This document shows, in pieces, positions 38,613 to 49,875 of a stretch of DNA of 64,000 bases (position 1 is its first letter; each line of letters opens with the position of its first letter). The notes below the pieces were generated by a model that was given only the letters and a program-made list of their open reading frames with translations, was not told where the DNA came from and did no database searches. The DNA is from Azolla caroliniana (lineage: Eukaryota; Plantae; Polypodiophyta), in contig JBHGNT010000013.1 in NCBI GenBank assembly GCA_043228905.1, forward strand, positions 4,216,001-4,280,000. Reading direction: 5' to 3'. The translations under genes were made by a program, and so were the position numbers.

Positions 38613-39491
38613 GATTCATGTACAACCTAGGCCAATCGCATTGGAATGCAGTTAAGCATGTATTCAGATACCTCTTCGGTTACACCGACTCAGATTTTGC
38701 TAGTTGTGTGGACAATTGAAAGTCAACAACCGGATATTGCTTCAAATTTGGCAATGGAGCAATCTCGTGGAAATCGAAACTTCAGGAGTGCACTGCCACA
38801 TCAACAACCGAGGTTGAATACGTAGCCATGTCTGATGTGGCGAAAGAGGCTTTATGGCTTGGTCGGCTGGTGCACACATTTCGACAAGTCGACTCCGACT
38901 TGACTCCAGTTGTCTACAACGATAGTCAAGGTGTTGTTGCTCTATCAAAAAATCTGGTTCATCACAACGCCTCCAAGCATATCGACATTTGACGAATCGA
39001 TGGGATGACCAAGTGTCTTTCGGTGGCTCGATTCTGATCCCTTCGGCACCAGATGGGCGTAGAGAAGAATTAGTCTGATTGAGTCGGACATCAGGAAGTT
39101 CTTGGAAAATCAACATCGACAGTTCGAAGCTCGACTTCAATTCTTCCGACCCTGGCCAACTCAGCCTTTTGTTCTCGGATTTTGCCGACTCGAACAAAAC
39201 CGATATGTTCAATAACTTTGTATAATCTATAATTCTTATTTATTCTTTTTACTGATTTTTATTGTATACACCCATTACGAGGGAGTGTTGAATATGGGTA
39301 TATAATGGCCATATTCACATTGTCCCTTGGACAAACTAGGTTTAGGACATTTATGTAAATATGTCAAAGGGCAGTTGCCCTAGCCTAGTTAGTATATAAT
39401 AGGCTTTGTAACCTAGCTCATAAGGTGGTGGTTGTTGTTGCTAGAGAGCTGTTGCCTCCATTGTTCTAACTATTATGAATAAAACTATTAC

Positions 39492-39531
<40 letters not shown>

Positions 39532-39656
39532 TCTCTCTCTCTCTCTCTCTCTTTCATTCTGTTCTTTGATCTTGCCTTCACCTGTACACTCAATGATTGT
39601 CATCTCAAGGTGTTGTTCATATTTCCGCACCGACGACCTTAGTTCCCAACACTTCT

Positions 39657-40102
39657 AACCTTCGCGCTCTGATACCATGAAAAAGAATTACGTGCGGAAG
39701 CGTTCTGCGAAGCACAGAGTACAGAGTCAGTTATCCGGGATACAATAGTTAGGTATATGCAGAGAATGGAGATACATAATATGAGAGAGAGAGAGAGAGA
39801 GAGAGAGTGTGTGTGTGTAGACAACGAAAAACCTTTTTTTTTCAAAATAATAACTTTGTATACGTACAATGTGCTTAGTGAGCACTATTTATACAAGCCC
39901 TGACAATGGGTTGACAAGTACTTGAGTGCTCATAAATGAGCTACTTACACTAACTCCCAAAAATATCCCTTCGAGGAATATCGGTCTCAACGGTTTGCCA
40001 GCTCAACTCCCCGCTGATCAAGCCTAGCCAATCAATCTTCGTCCGATCCGACTCCCGACGTCTTCAGTTGATCCGGCCCAAGTTGGGCTTGCTCGCTCAA
40101 CA
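39657..40102 (-). mobile_element. Family-B 5' LTR (about 39678-40102) and tRNA-iMet PBS (about 39666-39677)
   Basis: Minus strand reads TGTTGAGCG...CGCTTCCGCACGTAATTC..CA TGGTATCAGAGCGCG, matching 16215-16260. Confidence 0.85.
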
Positions 40103-40550
40103 TACCAACACATACTTAATCGCAAATACACATTTAAACAATTAACTACACGCTTATGCTTTCTTAATCACATCACCCTATACTTTTACATACCTATAAA
40201 CAAACATACATGCACACGCTAATTCTCTCACGTGCACATATTTATATACAACCACACACGATTATGTACACAAACTCGAGAAGTCCCATTCACGCGAAAT
40301 AAACAACGAGGGAGCTCATTTATCTCCTCTAGCAAGACCAAGAGAAAAAATCTATATCCACAAGCTCATTAACGCTAGCAACTCCGCCAATCCCATCTTC
40401 GCTAGTTCAAGTTCCCGATGGTCTCGCGCATGTTTCGCAACTGCACACGCGTGTAACTTCGCGGCAACAATGATTAGGCGGTCCAATGGCGTTGCTTCTT
40501 CGGGGTGGGATGTCATTGGTCGGTACCTTCGCCCATTCCTAGTGAGCTAG

Positions 40551-40658
40551 TTAACCTTGGTTAAGCGCCATAACCATGGTCAGCATTTAACCGTGGTCAA
40601 GCGCCATAACCATGGTCAACTTTTAACCATGGTTAAGCTCCCTGCTAACCCTGGTTAA
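40551..40658. promoter_or_regulatory. Array of six imperfect palindromes TAACCNNGGT(T/C)A upstream of the glucuronokinase
   Basis: ttaaccttggttaa, taaccatggtca, ttaaccgtggtcaa, taaccatggtcaa, ttaaccatggttaa and taaccctggttaa, spaced about 17-23 bp apart. Confidence 0.55.
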
Positions 40659-40671
40659 AGTAAGTTTCATG

Positions 40672-40727
40672 CTTCTTCTTCTTCTTCTTCTTCTTCTTCG
40701 TCTTCTTCTTCTGCTTCTGCTTCTGCT
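40672..40727. repeat. (CTT)n microsatellite in the probable 5' UTR
   Basis: cttcttctt... run directly upstream of ATG 40761. Confidence 0.85.
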
Positions 40728-40760
40728 GTGTGGCTTCTCCTGCAGGTCTCAGCCTCGGCT

Positions 40761-43700
40761 ATGGCGGACAGAGATATTCATCATCGAGCTTACGCCCGCG
40801 TCGGCTTGCTTGGGAATCCCAGCGATGCCTACTTCGGAAACACCATATCCTTCTCCCTCGCTAACTTCTGGTCCGAGGTCACCCTCTCGCCATCAGAAAT
40901 CCTTGTCATTCGTCCTCACCCTCGCCATGATCCTCTCCACTTCCAATCCCTGCAACATCTGGTAAAAAAATCTCGCCTTCTCCATTTCCTTCTGTATGCC
41001 TCTCGTTTGTCATTTTAATTCTTCTTCTTCTTCTGTTTTCCTTGTCTTTCTGTGCATCATGCATAGCTGATGATAAATAGATTTTCCACGGTTTCATCAA
41101 AATTTCGTAAACATCTGACATACGTTATTCTGCATGTTTTTGCTTCAGATCTTCTTCACAATCTTTTCTCATGTGTGTCTTCTCTCGTCCTCCTCGTTTC
41201 ATGTGTTTTCGGAAAGCAGTCTCTTTACAACATATTTGTATAACTCCTCTCTTCTGAGATTCTTCTGTTTTCTTCTTCTGTAAATGTATTCTCATTTTTC
41301 TCTCTATTCTCTTGTTTTCTTTTTTGTATTTCTTAGAAGAAGATGTTTCTTATCCATAGATGAACTAACTTTCAGGTGAAGAGAGTGGAGAATGAGGGGT
41401 TCTATGGCGGTGTGAGACTTCTCTTGTCTGCATGCAAGAGATTCTATCAGTATTGCTCCGATCATGAGATTTCTCTGCATTCTGGCAATTTCACCTTATC
41501 TTATGATGTCAACATTCCACGACAGGCAAGACCAATAATTTTCCTTCTGAAAATTCATTTTTGTAGAACTATATGAAGTTTCTGATTGTTACCTTCTCTC
41601 CCTCCCTCTCTCTTTCTTCTGAATTGCCAAGATATCCATACCTGAAATTTCAGAAACCATTTTCTGAAACTCATAAAAAACAAATCCTGGAAATATCCAT
41701 ACCTGAAATTCTTCTGGATTGAGCTTTTGTCAATGTATATTGGAATCTGATGTATTTCTTTGTTTGAACTGATTTTTTTAAGTTCATGCAACCTCGCACA
41801 CACGCATATGTAAACTGTAGCCATTATTTCTTACTACGAGTGAGCTAAATTGCTTTATATATGCACATGTGTGTGTATACATGTTTTATGGAATTGTTCC
41901 GTTTTGAAATAAAGCAGAACACAACAACCTCTAAATGTATGACACTGTGGAGCGTTCCTTGGTGATGGTTTATCTGCAAACACATTCCTGGGTGTCTCCA
42001 GAAGATACGGAATTTTGATTCCTTAACATAAGTGTATTTTAAGATGTGTCACTTATTCGCTTGACTCACATGCACACACTATACATTTTTTAGGTTTTTC
42101 TTCTTCCTAGCCACAAAATATCCATGGTTTGAAACATGCGTAGAGTATTCAATGCATTTTGAGTTTGTTTCTTCTCGTTTGTGCATTGTACTTCTTAGAT
42201 CCAAGCTGGTTGAATTTTACTGGTGTGTATGCATAACAGCATAAAAGCTAACATCCTTCCGCAATCCATGTATTTTTTAAGGAAAGGGTATTGCATATAG
42301 GTGATGTGTATGCAAAAGATTGTATAGGGGATGTTTATGCATGCATAAATACTTGTGTACATGGAAATAGGAGGAATGACTTGGGCATGCATATATGTAT
42401 CAAAAATTCTAATTACCTCGATTAAAAGCACAATTGATTGGTTAATCTTCTAGTTTTCTCAATTAGGACATGCCCGCTTTCTGTTCACAAGCATAATTAG
42501 CAGATTAAGAATGTAAAACCTATCAATTAGGACATGCGCATTTTCTAACTAAGGAGCAATGAGTACTTACTCGTGTAATTAGCAGAAACAAATTCTTATT
42601 ATTGTGGATTTATTCTCTTAAAATTTAAGGTATGATTATTAATGTTATTTTTCATGTGATTAGGAATCTCCAACTTTGTGCAAGCGTATTATAGGTAATT
42701 TTGAAAATAATCAAGCATTTTTTTTTCAGTTTCTAATACATATAAGCATATTCTGGTAATTGTTTCTAATACTAGATTCTTCTTCATACCATAGTAGAAT
42801 ACAGTTGAAACAACGTAGTTGTTTATGTGATTCTGTTGTTTGCAGGCTGGGCTTTCGGGTTCGAGTGCCATTATCTGTGCTGCTTTGAGTTGTTTGCTGG
42901 ACTTCTATGATGTTGGACACTTTGTAAAAGTAGAGGACAGGCCGTCAATAATTCTGAGTGCAGAAGAGGAGATTGGAATAACAGCAGGACTACAAGATCG
43001 TGTTATTCAAGTTTATGGTGGCCTGGTGTATATGGTATGTGGGGTTCAATCCTTGCTCACTTTTATGGTTTTGATTCTTTCCCTCTCAGTTTCTTCAATT
43101 ATTTATCATCATTTTCTTTTGCATCAGGATTTCAACAAGACATATATGGAGAGTAAAGGCCATGGAACATACATACCAATGGATGCGTCATTGCTTCCAG
43201 ATCTTTACCTCATTTATGCTGAGAATCCCAGTGACTCTGGCAAGGCACTATTTGGAAAACTTCACACTAGATTACGATGCTCTAAAACATGAGGATTTTT
43301 GGCTGAAATACATGGAATAACATTTTCAGGTTCATAGCTCTGTGCGCAAACGATGGATAGATGGGGATGCATTGATCAGGTCAAGGATGGAAGAGGTTGC
43401 TGAACTAGCAGTGAGAGGTAGATCAGCCATAGAAAGTCACGACCATTTACTGCTTGCAAAGCTCATGAATCGGAATTTCGAGTTGCGAAGGTAGCGCATC
43501 TCATTTGTTACGGATCTCTTATTCCAGTCCATTACCATCTTCCCATACTGTTTTGTTAAGGGGGGCTGTTTCTGCCAAATAGTGAATATTAGAAACTTAC
43601 TAAAAATAATGCTTATATCTGTATTAGAAACTAAAAAAGCATGTTGTGGGCTTGGTCTTAATTACCCATTAGGCCCATAATCAGATGAAACTGAAAATTA

Positions 43701-44153
43701 ATCTAACACTAAGAAAAATCAGTAGCAACATAGAGTGCATGATATTTGGATTATACACTTCATTTGCTTAATAATCATGATTTATTTAACTATTTAATTT
43801 TGATAAATGCTGGTCCCCCTCTCTCATGACTAATTTTCTTGGCGGCATTTTTTGTAAGGTTTTCCCTCAATTTTCATGTTTACCTGAACAAATATTTTGT
43901 GGTACAACCTAGGCTTATGTTTGGAGACGAGGTTCTTGGGGAGAAAAATATAAGAATGGTACAAGTAGCGCAGGGTGTGGGTGCTGCTTGTAAGTTCACT
44001 GGGAGTGGAGGTGCTGCGATTGCATTCTGTCCGAATGGAGGGAGCCAGGTAAAAGAGCTTGAGGATGCATGCAAAGCTGCTGGATTTACCGTGGAACGAG
44101 CCCTTATCGGGCCATCATTTGTTATGGCATCTTCTACGAATATTCAAGAATAA
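40761..44153 (+). CDS. GLCAK: Glucuronokinase (GHMP kinase family), 6 exons: 40761-40961, 41376-41525, 42846-43034, 43128-43244, 43330-43490, 43913-44153; 1059 nt, 352 aa
   Basis: HRAYARVGLLGNPSD, GFYGGVRLL, NIPRQ|AGLSGSSAI, AGLQDRVIQVYGGLVYM|DF, YAENPSDSGK|VHS, LMNRNFELR|RLMFG and KFTGSGGA match plant GlcAK from recollection. The exons splice in frame to TAA. Confidence 0.92.
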
Positions 44154-45836
44154 TTATGCACATTTGCTTTTCTGCTTATACTCATCTACTTGGTGTTTGT
44201 TACTGTACTAAGCCCGTACCCTATATACTTAGCAAAGCGATGTATCTGACCTCCGTTATTAAAGGGCAAGATATGTGTCTACTACCTTTAATATTATAGA
44301 CTTAAAAACTAATGAAATAATCACATTTATTGATGGAATAAAAAGTGGAATTCTTTCACATAACTTGATTAGTAATTCATTCCAAATTTTTGTGGTTTCT
44401 TCTTTGGTCTCAATGATCAATAGTGCTCGAGTTTGATTTGTGAGAAAAGCTCCAACATTCAAACTACAAACTGTGATCATAATTCATTCCTACTTGCTCC
44501 AACAAGTGGAGGGGTACCTACTATTGAAACATACAATACTCATCTAGTAATGATCTGCTTTTAACAAAAATGTACATTGCCGAACAAGTGTGAGATTCAA
44601 TTAACCACATTATATGAGTAAGCTAAGGGTTGAGGTGCAATCTATGTCTCATCGTAATAATCTTGTTCCAATCTCATAAAACTAAAATAACCTTTAGAAG
44701 AAATTGGTTGTGATGGATGATGTGTAGATAATGTAATGAAGTGATAATGTGGTGCATATAGCAAACTCCATTATTCTAATTATTTCATTTTAGCGTGACC
44801 CTTTAATTGAACTTCTTATTTTTGGGCCTATAATTGCCTTTGTGTCACTTGTGGTTTTTACTTTTGTCCCCTAGATACATAGACTTCACGACTAAGACTC
44901 TTGTTGTGCATTTTCTTGGTTCCTTAGCATTTAGCATTTGCCCAAACCTTTGTTTGAGGCTTCCTCAATCTTCATACTTTCACTTCATAGCTCCTTGAAG
45001 ACTCCTCAAGAGCAAGTATCTCCTCAAGCTCCTAGATGGAAAGTTATTGCTCCATTGTCCTTACTTGCTACTCGCATTGAGTTAGCTTCTTGTAGGTAAG
45101 ATTGAGCTTGCTTCTCTAGCAATCACATTGGATTTTTACATTCTGATTCAAGTTCATAGGATTGGTACGATATGCCCCATACCAGGTGCATATCCAAATT
45201 GCTCCTTGCATTTAGAGTTAGAGCCTATTGCTTGGAGACTCAACACTTATCTAGTTTGTAGGTATAGTACCAATCCTCATTTAGGCCAATACCACTTCCC
45301 TTTCACCATCCTAACTACATCCAAAATCATTGTTTCTGTAGGTAGCTTCCCCCACTTATTCAAGATGCTCATGTGATTAGGATTTCCCAACAAGACAGAG
45401 ATGCAAGATTGTATTTAGGATCTTGACAAATTGTTCAAGATCTCGTCCAGTTTCAATTAGATTAATCTACTACATCGTGTACATGGTCGGAGCTCTAGCC
45501 CATTTGTTCTCTTCTGCACTCAAGGATACCGAGTAGTCACATACTTGCATGTTCTATTTAGCTTTCGTCTTTCTATGGAAGAACCAGAAGGTGGCTATGC
45601 CCTTAAGAGAGGAGCTCATGTCCTCACAATTTGCACTCTCATATCTTAACCCAATGAATGATTTTTATCACAATCTAATATACTAGACATCGTCAACGAA
45701 ATAGAAACTTCACCCAAAATTGATGTCGTTTGGGAAGACATATTTGATCTAGATCTTGTGGAATGAGCCCTCTAATCCCTCTTTTTTATATACCTCCATG
45801 AAAATTATCATACTTTATCCATGTTTTCATTATTTT

Positions 45837-47045
45837 TGTTGATATGTTTCGGTAGTGATGTGTGAGAACACACTTAGGACACTTAGGATAGTGATGTGTG
45901 TGAACACACTTAGGACTACAGGGGCATTTTTTCCCTCTTTAGGAGACTTTTCCCCCCTATCTATAAATATGCTCATAACCCTAAAGTGGTTAAGTTTTTG
46001 TGATTCAAAACAAGAACCCAACAGTGGTATTAGAGCAACTAAGCGACGTTTGAGTAGCAACGTAATGAGTGAATAGCAAGGTGACGGCCCCATCTATAGT
46101 CCATGTGTGCAATCTATGGTGGCATTTTTCTGTTGCTGAAAAAAAAAATCTGCGTGTTTTCCTCCTCTATGCCTAGCAAGCAGAGATTTGCGAATAATTC
46201 ACAAGTGAATGAAAAAAACAAGAGCAAAACAAAAACTGTTTTGCAAATACTGTAAAGGAAATGACCATATTACAACGAATTGTCCACAATTGGTTGCAAA
46301 AGAGGCAAAGAAAAAAGAGTCAAGATTGGTTGTTGCAAATATCTCTAGTACACTGAAAACAGAGTCTGCAAATCTTGTGCAAAATAAAGAATGGGCATTT
46401 ACTATTGTTTGCAATTTTGACCCATCTTCACTTGAAAAATGTATGTCTGTTGTAGAATCAGATGTTTGGTACTTCGATAATGGGACAACCAAAAATATTA
46501 CCTCGCATCACAATTTCTTCACTTCATTTGAGCCTACCCCTACAAGGAATACTTCACATGCGCCAACAACTCATCTTATCCAGTTATGGGTGTTGGTAAG
46601 ATCATTTTGACGAATATTGATAGTGGTTCTTTTACCTTGTCAAATGCTTTGTTTGTGCCAAGGATCAAGAAAAATTTGTTGTCAGTTTCAGCATTAGCCA
46701 AGATTGGCTTGGTTATAAATTTGTTGATGACAGGTGCACAATTCATGATTTGTCTAATGGCGATGTTATTATTGCTTCAAATGTTGTTGTGGGTTGTATA
46801 AGCTCATTGATTATGAAAGATCTATAAATGATTCAACATGCGCAATATAGGATTCTCAGGCTATTTCAGATGCAAAGGTTTGGCATGCATGTTTCGGTCA
46901 TTTGAATTTTGCAAGTTTGCTTTGCCTACAGAAATATGAAATGGTGTCTTCCATGCCCAAACTTGAGGCACCTTGAAAGCATGTCTGTGAAGGCTGTATT
47001 TTGGGCAAAATCTAGTGTTCATCCTTTCCAAAGATAGTTCAGTTA
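45837..47045 (+). mobile_element. Highly degenerate copia: short LTR 45837-46023, decayed PBS TGGTATTAGAGC, zinc knuckle/PR/pre-INT remnants
   Basis: Motifs: CKYCKGNDHITTNC, VWYFDNGTT, KKNLLSVSAL. Confidence 0.7.
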
Positions 47046-49875
47046 TGTTGGGAAACATGTCCCTCCGGATGGGAAGAAGAGAACGAAACGAATCGAGGAC
47101 ACAAGGGTAATTCGGCCTTGGTCGAGATCAAAATCGAGAACCAATATCGATTTAATAGCTGATTCGGAAGACTATATTTGTAAAGTTCTGTGAGTGAAAG
47201 AGAGAGTGAGTGAGAGTAGTAACTCTGCAACCGTCTATTAGACGTGAACAAGCTCGAGGTCAGTGCCTGCGAGTCTCATTGTATTCCTCTCTTTACACAG
47301 TGATCTGTTTCTTGGGATTTGTGGCCCCCGTGGTTTTTCCCTTTTTGGGTTTTCCATGTAAAACATCTTGTGTCTCTGTACTTGTTCTTTTCCGCACTCA
47401 CGTTTTTCTGCCTGTGTACTATCTATCTCATTTTGCACCGGACGTTCGAAGTAGAACCGGTTGTGACCGGTCTCGATCCTAACAAATTGGTATCAGAGCG
47501 ATGGAAGACTCGTTCGGCAGCATGTTCAAACTTACCGGCTCCAACTATTTAGTGTGGAAGTCGAAGATGCAGGTCATGCTCGTGTGCAAAGACCTCTGGT
47601 TGCTAGTGCAGTTCAGAGATAAAAGGCCAGACAAGATCGATGCATCAACTTGGGAAGTTATGCATCTGAAGGCGGCAACATATATAAGGTGTTTTATAGA
47701 CATGAGTCTATACAACAACTTTGATGAAGAGACGAGTGTCGGCGTCCTCTGGAAGAAGATTGGTGTGATGTTCGAAAACAAGAACGTCGTGAACAGAGTC
47801 TCAGTTTCCAAAAATCGTGAGACTCTGATATCAAGATGGCTCCAACATGGCGAAGCATATTAATGCCTTCCAAGAACCGATGAATCAAACCACCTCTCTA
47901 GAAGTACCTCTTGTTGACGAGGTATTAGCACTGTTGTTGTTGGGATCCCTTCCGAACAACTCGGAAATGCTGGTTGTCACATTAGGCAATGCGGAACCGC
48001 AAGGGAAACACTTATCCGTAGAGCGGGTGAAGTCAATCTTGTTGAATGAAGAAGCTCACCAGAAGGACCAAGAGTCCAATACCGACCCAAAGGCCCTTGT
48101 CACAAAAAGTGACACAAATCGAGGAAGAGACCAAAATCGAAGTCCCCAGAATCGAGATAGGTCGGGGACAAGGTCGAAGTCGAGGGGAAGGCCCATGTGC
48201 TTCTATTGTGGGAAGTCGGGGCACTTCCAAAATGGGAAATGAAGGAGCATGCCAAATTGTTGGCATTGGAGATGTATGTTTGATGACATCGACCGGGTGT
48301 AGACTAGTGTTGAGAGATGTTCGGCACGTTCCGGAAGTTCGACTAAACTTGATATCAGTTGGTCAGCTAGATGATGAAAGTTACACGAGTAGCATCCGGA
48401 ATGGTGTCATGAAGTTCTACAAGGGGAGCCTAATCATGGGTCAGGCCCAGAAAACCAACACAATGTATATAATGAATGCTTCTCTATGCCGAAACGAGGT
48501 AAACATGGCAGGCAACACAGTCGGTGAGTTGTGGCATAAGAGGTTATGCCACATGATCCAGAAGGGAATGCATGTGCAAGCCGAAAAAGAACTCCTACCG
48601 GAGGTGAAGAAACTGCATCTGGATAAATGTGTTGATTGCCTGGTTGGCAAGAAAAATCAAACCTCGTTTCGATCAAGGCCCCCGATAAGGAAGAAAATGC
48701 CGCTTGAACTCATGCATACAGACGTATGTTATGTGGACACAAAGTCGCATGTTGGTTCACAATATTTTGTGACCTTCATAGACGATCGTAGCTAGAATTT
48801 GTGGGCTTCCATGCTGAAGTCGAAGGATCAGGTGCTATCCGTCTTCAAAGAGTTCCAAGCGAGGGTTGAGAGGGAAATCAGCCGAAAGTTGAAGGCAGTC
48901 CAAGCAGACAATGGCGGAGAGTATCACAAATTATTTGAAGAATATTGTCGAGCGCAGGGAATCCAGCTCGAGTATACCGTGCCGAAGACGCCAGAGCTTA
49001 ACGGATTGGCTGAGAGAATGAACCAGACCGTAATGGAGAGGGTCCGAAGTATGCTTGCACATGCAAAGTTACCGACGACGTTCTGGGCTGAGGCGATGAT
49101 GACGACAGTGTATGTGATCAACCGATCACCCTCAGTACCCTTGGACGGTGATATTCCACAAAGGGTGTGGAGCGGCAAAGATGTCTCGTACCGACATCTA
49201 AGGGTGTTTGGTTGTCTTGCCTATGTGCATGTCGCAAAGGATCAGAGGGGGAAGCTCGATCTGAAATCTCGGCCATGCATATTTCTCGGCTACAACAATG
49301 ATGAATGCGGCTATCGGCTATGGGACTTAGCCGAGAAGAAGGTGATTAGGATCTGAGACATCTTCGTCATGGAAGAGAAGACGATCGTCGATTGGGAGAT
49401 TGAGAATAAGTCTCCAACTATCGAATCGGGCCAAGTCGACGCTCAGCCGAATCGAGTAGAAGTCTATTCGATCGAAATCAAATCTGAGCCAATCAACCGA
49501 TTTAATACTCGGAAAAGTCAAGAACTGACTGAAGAACAAGGGGAACCGGCTAAACGAGGAACCGAATTTGACTTGGCCAAAGAAGTCGAAGAAGAACCGA
49601 CCGCGCTAAATGGAGGCCAAAGATACCCCCTAAGAGAAAGAAGCCACAATCGGCTAAACGAGGAATCAAATTTGACTTGGCCGAAGAATTCGAAGAAGAA
49701 CCGACCATGCCGAATGGAGGCCAAGGGTGTCGATTTCGACGAAATATTTGCCTCAGCCGTAAAGATGATGTCAATTTGAATAGTGTTGAGCATCGCGACC
49801 AACATGGATCTCGAAGTCGAGCAACTGGATGTCAAGACTGCCTTCCTTCATGGAGATTTGGAGGAAGAGATATAC
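47046..49875 (+). mobile_element. Copia 5' portion: LTR 47046-47484, PBS 47488-47499, gag-INT-RT start with internal deletions; 3' end lost
   Basis: TGTTGG...TAACA AAT TGGTATCAGAGC GATG. INT is highly similar to the 19247 element. Ends at LHGDLEEEIY. Confidence 0.88.

Larger units (their letters stand above)
15330..39651 (+). mobile_element. Family-C copia expanded to 24.3 kb by nested insertions: truncated 5' LTR 15330 to about 15520, gag-pol 34805-39010, 3' LTR 39286-39651, TSD CTTCT
   Basis: 15330-15520 matches 39286-39460. CTTCT at 15325-15329 and 39652-39656. PPT GAGGGAG precedes 39286. Motifs: CNYCKKPGHIKAD, WLLDSGAS, LRTDNGGEF, LYVDDIL. Confidence 0.88.

Noticed and set aside
40669-40760. 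Poly-Leu ORF or upstream extension as a signal peptide for the kinase
   Set aside because: It is a (CTT)n translation in a different frame; homology to glucuronokinase starts at ATG 40761.
44700-45830. Possible decayed retroelement downstream of the gene
   Set aside because: No recognisable domain motif, LTR pair or TSD by eye.
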